Shown here piece by piece: positions 1-8,518 of a stretch of 48,009 bases of DNA. The translations under genes and the position numbers were made by a program. The DNA lies in contig CAYUOS010000002.1 of NCBI GenBank assembly GCA_964446435.1, forward strand, positions 1 to 48,009, in the 5' to 3' direction. The notes under the pieces are model-generated. The model had not been told where the DNA came from. It saw nothing but the letters and a program-made list of their open reading frames with translations, and ran no database searches. The DNA comes from an uncultured Rikenellaceae bacterium (GTDB taxonomy: Bacteria; Bacteroidota; Bacteroidia; Bacteroidales; VadinHA17). Position 1 is the stretch's first letter. Every line of letters starts with the position of its first letter.

Positions 1-157
1 TAAACGGAACCGAGCCGAAGGCGAGCTCGCGACCGAATGGGAGCAAAACGGTAAAACGGAACCGGGCCGAAGGCGAGTTCGCGACCGAATGGGAGCAAAA
101 CGGTAAAACGGAACCGGGCCGAAGGCGAGTTCGCTGACGAACGGAAACAACCGGGCT
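1..157. repeat. 52-bp tandem direct repeat array, about 3 copies, truncated by the window edge
   Basis: Unit is TAAAACGGAACCGGGCCGAAGGCGAGTTCGCGACCGAATGGGAGCAAAACGG. Copy 1 = 1..51 (one A missing, 2 substitutions). Copy 2 = 52..103. Copy 3 starts at 104, is identical for 31 nt, then decays. A remnant ACGGAAACAACCGGGC lies at 141..156. Copies abut with no unique spacers. The array is visibly more GC-rich than the AT-rich leader at 158..204. Confidence 0.9.
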
Positions 158-204
158 GTGTAGCGATGACATAATATTTATTAAAAAAAAAGAGAGAATA
201 ACAG

Positions 205-1455
205 ATGGCGATAGTAAAACCATTCCGGGGATTAAGACCTCCCCGGGAGATAGCGGCAGAGCTGGCTTGCCTGCCTTATGATGTGATGAACAGCGAGGAA
301 GCTGCAAGGATGGCCGAAGGAAAGAAGAGTTCACTGCTTCATATTACAAGGTCGGAGATAGATCTTCCACCCGGAACAGATGTACATTCTGATGATGTAT
401 ATGCCAGGTCGGTTGAAAACTTTCAGAAATGGCAGAAGAATGGATGGCTGGTAAAGGATGAGGAGCCCATGTTCTACATCTATGCCCAGACTATGGAGGG
501 CCGCACCCAGTATGGTATAATGGGATGTGCATCAGTTGATGACTACCTCGAAGGCAAGATACTGAAGCATGAGCTTACCCGGCCAGACAAGGAGCAGGAC
601 AGAATGATACATGTAAAGGTAAATGAGGCCAACATAGAGCCGGTCTTCTTTACATATCCTGCCGTAAAAGAGATTGATGAAATCGTTGAGTCGTTAATCT
701 CCGGTGAGAAGCCTGAATATGACTTTGTTGCTGAAGATGGTTTCGGTCACCATTTCTGGGTGGTACGAGACAGGGGTACCAACCGAAGGATTGAAGAACT
801 GTTCAGAAAGAAGGTTCCATATACCTATGTGGCTGACGGTCACCACAGGACTGCGGCTGCCGCACTTGTAGGGAAGGAAAAGCGTGAGGCAAATCCCGAT
901 CATAAGGGAGATGAAGAGTACAACTTTTTCCTTGCAGTTCATTTTCCGGCAAATCAGCTGAGGATCATTGACTACAACAGGGTAGTGAAAGATCTTAACG
1001 GGCTTTCTGCAGAGGAATTCCTCAGGAAGATTGACAGTGGATTTGTTGTCATCGAGAAGGGCAGCGAAATATATAAGCCATCAAAGCTACATGAGTTTTC
1101 TATGTACCTTGAGGGAAAATGGTATTGTCTGATTGCCAGGGATGGGACCTTCAATGATGATGATCCTATCGGTGGTCTCGACGTTACAATCCTATCAGAC
1201 CAGATACTGGCGCCGGTTCTTGATATACAAGACCTCAGACGTTCAAAAAGAATCGATTTTGTTGGAGGTATCAGAGGTCTTGGCGAACTTAGCCGAAGAG
1301 TTGATTCGGGCGAAATGAAGGTGGCTTTTGCGTTGTATCCGGTGTCGATGGATCAGTTGATAAGGATTGCTGATACAGGGAACATCATGCCTCCCAAAAC
1401 AACATGGTTCGAGCCTAAACTACGCAGCGGACTGGCAATTCATCTATTAAAATAG
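205..1455 (+). CDS. DUF1015 family protein (function unknown)
   Basis: 416-aa ORF with an ATG after an A-rich leader. The N-terminus MAIVKPFRGLRP..LPYDVMNSEEA and the central VADGHHRTAAA motif are characteristic of DUF1015. Confidence 0.85.
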   Translation: MAIVKPFRGLRPPREIAAELACLPYDVMNSEEAARMAEGKKSSLLHITRSEIDLPPGTDVHSDDVYARSVENFQKWQKNGWLVKDEEPMFYIYAQTMEGRTQYGIMGCASVDDYLEGKILKHELTRPDKEQDRMIHVKVNEANIEPVFFTYPAVKEIDEIVESLISGEKPEYDFVAEDGFGHHFWVVRDRGTNRRIEELFRKKVPYTYVADGHHRTAAAALVGKEKREANPDHKGDEEYNFFLAVHFPANQLRIIDYNRVVKDLNGLSAEEFLRKIDSGFVVIEKGSEIYKPSKLHEFSMYLEGKWYCLIARDGTFNDDDPIGGLDVTILSDQILAPVLDIQDLRRSKRIDFVGGIRGLGELSRRVDSGEMKVAFALYPVSMDQLIRIADTGNIMPPKTTWFEPKLRSGLAIHLLK

Positions 1456-1535
1456 AATCATGTAAAACTCTGAATGGTGGCTATTACTTAAGTTTAACCC
1501 CGATTCAGGAGAGATAATGCTCACAATTAAAAAAA

Positions 1536-1573
1536 AGAGAGGCTGACACTTTGAGACAGCCTCTCTTTTTTTG
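1536..1573 (+). terminator. Rho-independent terminator after the DUF1015 gene
   Basis: 10-bp stem AGAGAGGCTG (1536..1545) pairs with CAGCCTCTCT (1557..1566) around an 11-nt loop. A T-run follows at 1567..1572, and an A-run lies on the 5' side. Confidence 0.8.
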
Positions 1574-1574
1574 T

Positions 1575-1582
1575 TATTTTTG
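1575..1582 (+). promoter_or_regulatory. candidate -7 promoter box TATTTTTG (consensus TAnnTTTG) for yggS
   Basis: Perfect match to TAnnTTTG, 24 nt upstream of the ATG at 1606. A TTTG at 1550..1553, 21 nt upstream in the terminator loop, could serve as the -33 element. The 12-mer TATTTTTGGAAC recurs at 2272. Confidence 0.5.
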
Positions 1583-1605
1583 GAACGGGACATGTAGCTC
1601 AGGAT

Positions 1606-2271
1606 ATGCATACAATTGCTCATAACATTGCGTTTCTCAGGAATTCCTTACCTGACAGGGTAACCATTGTTGCAGTCTCAAAAACCAAGCCGCCAGCTAT
1701 GATTATGGAGGCATATGAGGCCGGTCAGAGGGTTTTTGGTGAGAACAGGGTGCAGGAACTGATGTCGAAGAAGGATTATCTTCCCGCCGATATCAGTTGG
1801 CATCTGATCGGTCATCTCCAGACCAATAAAGTAAAGTATGTGGCTCCTTTTATTTCGATGATAGAGTCTGTAGACAGCTATAAACTGCTTAATGTAATAA
1901 ACAGGGAGGCCGCTAAGATCGGAAGAAAGATTAATTGCCTTCTTCAGATACATATTGCAACCGAAGAGTCGAAGTTTGGATTCAGTATCGGAGAGGTTGA
2001 AGATATGCTTAATGACAATGAATTTGCAAGCCTCTCAAACGTCAGTATCTGTGGTGTGATGGGAATGGCTACATTCACTGATAACCAAGACATTATCAGA
2101 GCTGAATTCAGGCAGCTCAAAGAATACTATGATAAAATAAAGGAAGACTATTTTGCCGAAAGCGAGGACTTCAGGGAATTGTCAATGGGAATGTCAGGTG
2201 ACTACCTCATTGCAGTTGAAGAAGGAAGTACCATAATAAGAGTGGGAAGCCTGATTTTCGGAGAAAGATGA
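1606..2271 (+). CDS. yggS: YggS-family pyridoxal-phosphate homeostasis protein
   Basis: 221 aa. The N-terminal AVSKTKP motif contains the PLP-binding lysine. HLIGHLQTNK and the C-terminal IRVGSLIFG are typical of the YggS/PROSC family. Confidence 0.9.
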   Translation: MHTIAHNIAFLRNSLPDRVTIVAVSKTKPPAMIMEAYEAGQRVFGENRVQELMSKKDYLPADISWHLIGHLQTNKVKYVAPFISMIESVDSYKLLNVINREAAKIGRKINCLLQIHIATEESKFGFSIGEVEDMLNDNEFASLSNVSICGVMGMATFTDNQDIIRAEFRQLKEYYDKIKEDYFAESEDFRELSMGMSGDYLIAVEEGSTIIRVGSLIFGER

Positions 2272-2279
2272 TATTTTTG
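2272..2279 (+). promoter_or_regulatory. candidate -7 promoter box TATTTTTG for the DHOD-like gene
   Basis: Perfect TAnnTTTG immediately after the yggS stop (TGA 2269..2271) and 21 nt upstream of the ATG at 2300. It shares the extended 12-mer TATTTTTGGAAC with the box at 1575. Confidence 0.45.
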
Positions 2280-2299
2280 GAACTGAAAATAAAAAGGAA

Positions 2300-3277
2300 A
2301 TGGACAGACTTAAAACAACCTACCTTGGATTGCCGGTAAACAGTCCGCTAATAGTAAGCAGCAGCAGCCTCACATCAACCCCCGACAGGCTTAAGGAAGC
2401 TGAAGATTGTGGAGCAGGAGCAGTGGTACTGAAATCATTGTTTGAAGAACAGATAAGCCACTATTCCAACATTCTGTCAGAAACTGAATCATATCCTGAA
2501 GCCGGAGACTATATAGCGTACTACACAAGATCAAAGAGCGTAGAAGAGTATCTTACGCTTATCAGAACGGCTAAGGAAAGTCTTGGGATACCTGTAATAC
2601 CCAGCATAAACTGTATCACCGCCGAAGAGTGGATTGATTTTGCAAGGAATATTGCTGCAGCCGGGGCCGATGCACTTGAAGTAAACCTGTTCTTTTTGCC
2701 GGTAGACAGCAGAACCTCACCGGCCGATGCTGAAAAGGTCTATTACTCACTTGTTGAGAGATTGTTGAAGGTTATTGACATTCCCGTTGTAATGAAGCTG
2801 GGCCCGAGATTCTCAAATATTCTCTATACAATTGATCAGTTATACAGAAGGGGTGTAAAAGGGGTTGTGCTCTTCAACAGGTTCTATGAGCCCGACATTG
2901 ATATTGAGCACCTTAATATTATTCCTGCACCCGTATTCAGTACTTCATCGGAAAGGAGATATGTTCTCAGATGGATTGCGATGGCAAGCTCACTTGATAT
3001 AAATATCGACATCTCAGCGTCAACCGGTGTCCACAGCGGTGATGACGCAATAAGGTATCTGCTCGCAGGTGCTGATACGGTACAGGTTTGTTCAGTCCTT
3101 TACAATAATGGAATAGACCACCTTAAGAAGATGAACCGCGATATCTCAGGCTGGATGGGCGAGAAAGGCTTTGCCAGAATAGAGGACTTCAGAGGTAAAT
3201 TAAACTACCTGAATTTCCAGAAGCCCTCTGTATATGAAAGGACGCAGTTCATGAAGTATTTTTCAAGCCATGATTAG
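2300..3277 (+). CDS. dihydroorotate dehydrogenase-like TIM-barrel flavoprotein (non-canonical)
   Basis: 325 aa with the class-1 DHOD-like layout (SSSSLT, VVLKS, GADALEVN, VVLFNR, STGV). The segment equivalent to the catalytic-loop N-L-S-C-P-N reads EVNLFFLP (nt 2678..2701). Confidence 0.75.
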   Translation: MDRLKTTYLGLPVNSPLIVSSSSLTSTPDRLKEAEDCGAGAVVLKSLFEEQISHYSNILSETESYPEAGDYIAYYTRSKSVEEYLTLIRTAKESLGIPVIPSINCITAEEWIDFARNIAAAGADALEVNLFFLPVDSRTSPADAEKVYYSLVERLLKVIDIPVVMKLGPRFSNILYTIDQLYRRGVKGVVLFNRFYEPDIDIEHLNIIPAPVFSTSSERRYVLRWIAMASSLDINIDISASTGVHSGDDAIRYLLAGADTVQVCSVLYNNGIDHLKKMNRDISGWMGEKGFARIEDFRGKLNYLNFQKPSVYERTQFMKYFSSHD

Positions 3278-3368
3278 CCCTCAGGCTGAGGTTGAAAAAC
3301 TTTTTGAATTAATAAAAATATTATGCTAATTTAGTGGGATATTTAAACAGAAACCTAAAATTTCAAAC

Positions 3369-4289
3369 ATGAATAGCAAGTTAGTCACCAGAACCATCCT
3401 CTATGCTGCATCAATACTGTTTTTTGCAGCTGTTTTGTCAGGCTGCGGAGACAGGGGTAAATCCGATCAGGGCAAAACCCGAATTGACCTGGGAAAAGAG
3501 GACCTTCAGATACTTGATGATATCAAGCAGGCAGAGAGGATATTCAGATCACTTCCATCACCATTGGAGTCTGCAATGCTTATCAGATCAGCAGGAGCCC
3601 GCTTCGACAAGGATCTGCTAAATCCTGTAGACAATGCCTCTAACTATACAACCAACAAAAGTATGGCGCTGAACCTGGGTATTTACACCTGTGATCTGAG
3701 TTTTGCCAGCCTCTATGACCAGACAGCGATCATAATAAACTACATGAATGCAGCAAAGAAGATGGCCGACGGACTCGGAATCCTTGACGCAATAAACCAG
3801 GAGACAATTGAAAAGCTCGAGGAGAACATCAACAATACTGATGTTATTATGGAGATAGTCTCCGAGACATTCCTGAATTCAAACAGCTACCTTGAGGATA
3901 ATGAGCAGCCCGCCATCGCAGCGACTGTACTGGTAGGAGGTTGGATAGAGGGACTCTATATTGCTACTCAGCTGGTTGACATGAATGATTTTGAGAACAA
4001 TAAGCTTGTTTCAACAATCGTTGACCAGAAGCTGTCAATTGGCATTCTTTTCGACCTGCTGAAGGATAATGCAGGCCATCCGGCTATCGATGAACTGCTG
4101 ACCCAACTTGACGGCCTCTACAAGGTATTTGACAAGATTAAACTGACTTCCACACCAATAACAACTGAGGTCGACCGCCAGACCAATGTTACAATACTTA
4201 AGTCTGAGGTGAAAACAGACATGACGAAGAAAACGTTCGAGGAGCTGAGAAGCACAGTCGCCTCTATCCGGAACTCATTCATCAAATAA
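3369..4289 (+). CDS. lipoprotein of unknown function
   Basis: 306 aa. It has a signal peptide ending in the lipobox-like VLSGC. The remainder has a helical-looking composition and no motif I recognise. Confidence 0.7.
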   Translation: MNSKLVTRTILYAASILFFAAVLSGCGDRGKSDQGKTRIDLGKEDLQILDDIKQAERIFRSLPSPLESAMLIRSAGARFDKDLLNPVDNASNYTTNKSMALNLGIYTCDLSFASLYDQTAIIINYMNAAKKMADGLGILDAINQETIEKLEENINNTDVIMEIVSETFLNSNSYLEDNEQPAIAATVLVGGWIEGLYIATQLVDMNDFENNKLVSTIVDQKLSIGILFDLLKDNAGHPAIDELLTQLDGLYKVFDKIKLTSTPITTEVDRQTNVTILKSEVKTDMTKKTFEELRSTVASIRNSFIK

Positions 4290-4300
4290 ATCTGAGAGTT

Positions 4301-4735
4301 ATGAAGTTACTGAGAATAATTCCACTTTTACTGATCTTCGTTGCATACGGTGCTGATTCAAGTGCACAGTGCAAGGGATTTGCAAAGAAGATTTGTCTCC
4401 CGGAGCTGGGTTCCTACACGCATGATGGAAACTATCATGCTGCCGTTCTGGTTGAAGGCGAAGAGGCTGAACTCTATAAGACCTTCTATGCTGACATGGA
4501 TTACAGGGTTGCGGTATGTGGAGCAGACAACCTTCCGAATGTAGAGTTCAGGATTCTTGATGCAAACAGGAATGAGCTCTATTCCAGTAGGGATTCCGGC
4601 TCGAAGGTATGGGACTTCAAACTGCAATCAAGTCAGCAGCTCAAACTTGTCGTTAAGGTAACAACTCTTAGCCAGCCAGGAGAAGCCCCTGCAAGTGGTT
4701 GTGTGTCTATAATGTTCGGGTTTAAGCTGAAGTAA
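4301..4735 (+). CDS. small secreted protein of unknown function
   Basis: 144 aa with the N-terminal signal peptide MKLLRIIPLLLIFVAYGADSSAQ. It starts 11 nt after the preceding lipoprotein gene, so the two are probably co-transcribed. Confidence 0.65.
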   Translation: MKLLRIIPLLLIFVAYGADSSAQCKGFAKKICLPELGSYTHDGNYHAAVLVEGEEAELYKTFYADMDYRVAVCGADNLPNVEFRILDANRNELYSSRDSGSKVWDFKLQSSQQLKLVVKVTTLSQPGEAPASGCVSIMFGFKLK

Positions 4736-4736
4736 G

Positions 4737-7514
4737 CTAAAGGTACTTGCCGGTATGTGACTTACGGCAGCCTGTAATCTGGTCAGGCGTGCCCTCAAAG
4801 ACTATCTGACCTCCCTTCTCTCCCCCTTCAGGACCGAGGTCAATTATCCAGTCAGAGTTCCTGATAACCTCAGGATTATGCTCAATGAGAATTACTGAGT
4901 GACCGTTTGATATCAGAGACTGGATAGACTGAAGCAATTTCGATATGTCATGAAAATGAAGGCCGGTTGTGGGTTCATCGAAAATGAACAGAATATGACC
5001 TGCGCTTCTTTCCTGTCCGATGAAATATGCAAGTTTCACTCTCTGGCTCTCACCACCAGAAAGCGTTGCTGACGATTGACCCAGCTTAACATATCCCAGG
5101 CCGACACTTGCAAGTGGATTTAGTTTTTCGGCAATTCTTTTTGCAGTCTTGTCGCTGCTGGCTTTGAAGAAGGCAATAGCATCATCGATAGTCATTTCAA
5201 GGATATCATAAATATTCTTACCCTGGAACCGTACTTCAAGCACATCCTTCTTGAACCTTTTTCCCCCGCAGGTTTCGCAGACAAGTTCAACATCAGCCAT
5301 AAATTGCATTTCGACCTTGATGATGCCTTCGCCCTGACACTCTTCACAACGGCCGCTTTCAACATTAAAGGAGAAGTGGGCAGGCTTGAATCCCATTTGT
5401 ACTGACGCCTGCTGGTCGGCAAACAGCTTTCTTATCTCATCATAAGCCTTAAGGTATGTAACCGGGTTCGACCGGCTTGATTTTCCGATCGGGTTCTGGT
5501 CGACCAATTCGATGGAGGTTACTGAGTCAATATCTCCCTCTATCGATCCGTGTTCCCCGGGACGGTCAGATGCTCCGTTAAGTCTCCTGTTCATTGACTT
5601 GTAAAGGATGTCATTTACAAGAGTCGATTTTCCTGATCCACTGACACCTGTAATACATGTAAGAACATGTAGCGGAAACCTTACATTTATGTTTTTGAGA
5701 TTATTTTCCCTTGCGCTCCTGACCTCAATATAACTGTTCCATTTTCTTCTTCTTGCCGGAACCCCGACTTCCATTCTGCCGGAAAGATATTCAGCGGTTA
5801 GGGAATTGCCTGAACGACATTCTTCCAGTGTGCCGCTGAAAACAATCTCGCCCCCGTTGCGCCCTGCGAGTGGACCAAGGTCGATTATCATATCTGCAGC
5901 CCTCATAATCTCCTCTTCGTGCTCAACCACAATTACCGTGTTTCCTATATCCCTGAGTTCCTTAAGAACGGTTGTGAGAAGCCTTATGTCTCGGGGATGA
6001 AGGCCTATACTGGGTTCGTCAAGAATATAGAGTGATCCTACAAGGCTGCTGCCCAGCGAGGTGGCAAGGTTAATGCGCTGAGCTTCACCCCCTGAGAGAG
6101 TGCCGGAGAGTCGTGCAGGGGTCAGGTAGGGGAGTCCTACGTCCAGCAGGAATTTAAGCCTCTGTCTTATCTCTACCAGTATACGTTCCGCGATTACCTC
6201 CTCATCACCTCCTGGTTTCAGTCTGATGAAAAAATCATGCAGGACATCAATTGGCATTGAGGTAAGTTCGAATATTGTCTTGCCACCCACCTTGACATAG
6301 CCGGCCTCCTTCCGAAGCCTTGTTCCATTGCACTCATGGCAGGTGGTTTTTCCCCTGTAGCGGCTAAGCATCACCCTGTACTGAATCTTGTACTTCTTCT
6401 CCTCAAGATGGTTGAAGAAGCTCGTCAGTCCGAAAAAATACCTGTTTCCTGTCCAGACGAGCCTCTTCTGCTCTTCAGTAAGCTGATACCAGGGCTTGTG
6501 AACCGGGAAATCAAATTTATGTGCACCCGATATGAGCCTCTCCTTCCATTTGCCCATTGTTTCTCCACGCCAGCATGCAATGGCGTCATCATAAATCGAC
6601 AGGTTCTTGTCGGGTATGACGAGGTTCTCATCGATTCCCATTACCTTCCCATAACCTTCACACAGAGGACAAGCTCCGACAGGATTGTTGAAGCTGAAGA
6701 GATGTTCTGTAGGTTCTTCAAAGTGTATTCCATCCTCTTCAAACATCCTGGAGAACTTTCTCCTCTTTGTTCCTTTCTCTGTCTCGGCAAGTATCTCGCA
6801 CTTTCCGTGCCCTATCTGAAATGCTGTCTGTACCGAGTCAGCCATTCTGCTTATTTCGTCGGCTACCGCCGAGACGGTAACCCGGTCGATAACAATGTTT
6901 AACTGATCGCCGGGCTTAAGTCCTGATAGTTCATTGTCAGAATCGGTTCTTTTTATGGTTCCTGCAGTTTCAATTCTCGTGAAGCCCTGTTTGTTGAGAA
7001 ATGCAAAAAACTCAGCGAGGGTTATATTTGCGGGTATCACTGACGGGGCCAGAATAATGGCCCTGGTTCCTTCAGGAAAAGATCTCAGGCAGTTCACTAC
7101 ATCGTCTACTGAGTGTCTTTTTACCTGACGGCCTGATACCGGAGAGATTGTCTTTCCGATACGTGCGAAGAGCAACCTCATGTAGTCGTAAAGCTCTGTT
7201 GTTGTCCCAACGGTTGAGCGCGGGTTACGGGAGTTTACCCTTTGCTCAATGGCAATTGCCGGTGGTATTCCGTTAATGAAATCTACCTCAGGCTTATTCA
7301 TGCGGCCCAGAAACTGTCGTGCGTAGGATGAAAGGCTCTCGACGTACCTTCTCTGCCCTTCGGCGTAGATGGTGTCAAATGCCAGTGAAGATTTTCCTGA
7401 TCCTGATACCCCGGTTATAACAATCAGTTTGTTTCTGGGAATCTCGAGATTGATGTTTTTCAGGTTGTGAACTCTTGCCCCACGTATTTCAATAAAACCC
7501 GACTCCTCGCTCAC
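4737..7514 (-). CDS. uvrA: excinuclease ABC subunit A
   Basis: 925 aa. There are two Walker A motifs, GVSGSGKSS and GVSGSGKST. There are two ABC signatures, LSGGEAQR and LSGGESQR. Cys-rich Zn modules are [16 protein letters not shown] and [14 protein letters not shown]. The apparent start at 7514 is GTG. Confidence 0.95.
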   Translation of the reverse strand: MSEESGFIEIRGARVHNLKNINLEIPRNKLIVITGVSGSGKSSLAFDTIYAEGQRRYVESLSSYARQFLGRMNKPEVDFINGIPPAIAIEQRVNSRNPRSTVGTTTELYDYMRLLFARIGKTISPVSGRQVKRHSVDDVVNCLRSFPEGTRAIILAPSVIPANITLAEFFAFLNKQGFTRIETAGTIKRTDSDNELSGLKPGDQLNIVIDRVTVSAVADEISRMADSVQTAFQIGHGKCEILAETEKGTKRRKFSRMFEEDGIHFEEPTEHLFSFNNPVGACPLCEGYGKVMGIDENLVIPDKNLSIYDDAIACWRGETMGKWKERLISGAHKFDFPVHKPWYQLTEEQKRLVWTGNRYFFGLTSFFNHLEEKKYKIQYRVMLSRYRGKTTCHECNGTRLRKEAGYVKVGGKTIFELTSMPIDVLHDFFIRLKPGGDEEVIAERILVEIRQRLKFLLDVGLPYLTPARLSGTLSGGEAQRINLATSLGSSLVGSLYILDEPSIGLHPRDIRLLTTVLKELRDIGNTVIVVEHEEEIMRAADMIIDLGPLAGRNGGEIVFSGTLEECRSGNSLTAEYLSGRMEVGVPARRRKWNSYIEVRSARENNLKNINVRFPLHVLTCITGVSGSGKSTLVNDILYKSMNRRLNGASDRPGEHGSIEGDIDSVTSIELVDQNPIGKSSRSNPVTYLKAYDEIRKLFADQQASVQMGFKPAHFSFNVESGRCEECQGEGIIKVEMQFMADVELVCETCGGKRFKKDVLEVRFQGKNIYDILEMTIDDAIAFFKASSDKTAKRIAEKLNPLASVGLGYVKLGQSSATLSGGESQRVKLAYFIGQERSAGHILFIFDEPTTGLHFHDISKLLQSIQSLISNGHSVILIEHNPEVIRNSDWIIDLGPEGGEKGGQIVFEGTPDQITGCRKSHTGKYL

Positions 7515-7552
7515 AATCAGTCAATTGTTATGGTTAAGAATGTGTTAAAATT

Positions 7553-7560
7553 CAAAAGTA
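7553..7560 (-). promoter_or_regulatory. candidate -7 promoter box TACTTTTG for uvrA
   Basis: The plus strand reads CAAAAGTA, which is TACTTTTG on the minus strand. It lies 38 nt upstream of the uvrA start. Confidence 0.35.
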
Positions 7561-7664
7561 ATACTTTCAAATCAAAAAATATTTATTTCTTTGTCTATGC
7601 AAAACAAAAACCGGGAGGACTGCCTATAGAGAATCTCTACTCTTGACCACTAAAAGAGAGAGTT

Positions 7665-8252
7665 ATGAATAAGAAGGTATCCGATTATGAACTTATCAAC
7701 AGGTTCATAAATGGTGATCAGTCCTCTATAGAGAAACTAATCCATACACACAAGAATAAGGTTTACGGATATATTTCGATGTATATTCGTGATCAGGCGT
7801 TAGCCGAGGATATATTTCAGGATACTTTCCTGAAGGTAATCCAGTCACTCAAGACAGGCCGTTACCAGGATAACGGAAGGTTCATCTCATGGGTGATGCG
7901 TATTGCCCATAACCTGATAATCGACCATTACAGGCGTGATAAGCAGATGAACGTAATATCGAATGATGATTACGAGTGTGATATTTTCAATTCACGCAGG
8001 TTGTCTGATGCCAACGTTGAGGACGTAATTGTGAAGCGTCAGGTTGTGAAAGACATAAGAAGACTTATACAGATGCTTCCCGAGGATCAGAGGGAGGTGG
8101 TCATTCTGAGGCATTATACGGGTTTGAGTTTCAAGGAGATCGCTGATATTACAAATGTCAGCATCAATACTGCCCTGGGGCGTATGAGATATGCGCTTAT
8201 CAACATGCGCAAGCTCATGGAGGAGAACAAAATAAACCTCGATTTAGGCTAA
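7665..8252 (+). CDS. ECF-type sigma-70 family RNA polymerase sigma factor
   Basis: 195 aa. Region 2 reads DIFQDTFLKV..RFISWVMRIAHNLIIDHYRR. Region 4 has the helix-turn-helix LPEDQREVVILRHYTGLSFKEIADITNVSINTALGRMRYA. Confidence 0.9.
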   Translation: MNKKVSDYELINRFINGDQSSIEKLIHTHKNKVYGYISMYIRDQALAEDIFQDTFLKVIQSLKTGRYQDNGRFISWVMRIAHNLIIDHYRRDKQMNVISNDDYECDIFNSRRLSDANVEDVIVKRQVVKDIRRLIQMLPEDQREVVILRHYTGLSFKEIADITNVSINTALGRMRYALINMRKLMEENKINLDLG

Positions 8253-8274
8253 ACGGTGCAATAACGACACTATC

Positions 8275-8301
8275 TCCTTCGTTATAGAAAAAAACGAAGG
8301 A
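8275..8301 (+). promoter_or_regulatory. hairpin covering the start of the small ORF downstream of the sigma factor
   Basis: 9-bp stem TCCTTCGTT (8275..8283) pairs with AACGAAGGA (8293..8301) around a 9-nt A-rich loop. The last stem base is the A of the ATG at 8301. No T-run follows. Confidence 0.5.
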
Positions 8302-8501
8302 TGAGACCTGACGTTTATAAATGGATGCCGGTTACCTCCTTTAACGATATTGACGTAAAGGAGTTAGATTTGCTTGATGATGCATGGGGGATCAGTTCTG
8401 AATTTGCTGATTTGTTTGTGGCATTGTCAATTGTCGAGCCGGAACCTTCAGAATCACTGGTGGAGGGCCTGATCTCAAGGATTGAGGCAGGGAAGGAGTG
8501 A
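8301..8501 (+). CDS. small acidic protein of unknown function
   Basis: 66-aa ORF 48 nt downstream of the ECF sigma gene on the same strand. It is rich in D and E, has no hydrophobic helix and no Zn-binding anti-sigma motif. Its coding status rests only on ORF length and position. Confidence 0.5.
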   Translation: MRPDVYKWMPVTSFNDIDVKELDLLDDAWGISSEFADLFVALSIVEPEPSESLVEGLISRIEAGKE

Positions 8502-8518
8502 TCGGTAAAATGAAATCA

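Noticed and set aside
1-157. A CRISPR array interpretation of the repeats at the window start.
   Set aside because: The copies are directly adjacent with no unique spacers, the unit is 52 nt, and no cas genes are in the window.
1-172. A minus-strand ORF starts at the ATG at 172..170 and runs through the whole tandem array and off the left edge without a stop (MSSLHSPVVSVRQRTRLRPGSVLPF...).
   Set aside because: The 52-nt period shifts the reading frame by one in each unit, so the repeat would encode three unrelated peptides. The translation is low-complexity and rich in R, S and P. Absence of stops in a short GC-rich unit is not unlikely by chance. Its ATG would sit only 32 nt from the divergent DUF1015 ATG. 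The question stays open until the left flank is seen.
1399-1416. A GGTTCGAGCC string resembling a tRNA T-arm.
   Set aside because: It lies inside the DUF1015 coding frame, and I could not build flanking acceptor, D or anticodon stems. No tRNA is called anywhere in the window.
6336-6902. A 188-aa plus-strand ORF inside uvrA. Other long antisense ORFs are 24146..24646, 36998..37513, 46155..46733 and 10150..10491.
   Set aside because: All lie entirely within, and antisense to, genes with strong motif support. Their translations are low-complexity (rich in Ser, Leu, Arg and Cys), as is typical of shadow ORFs.
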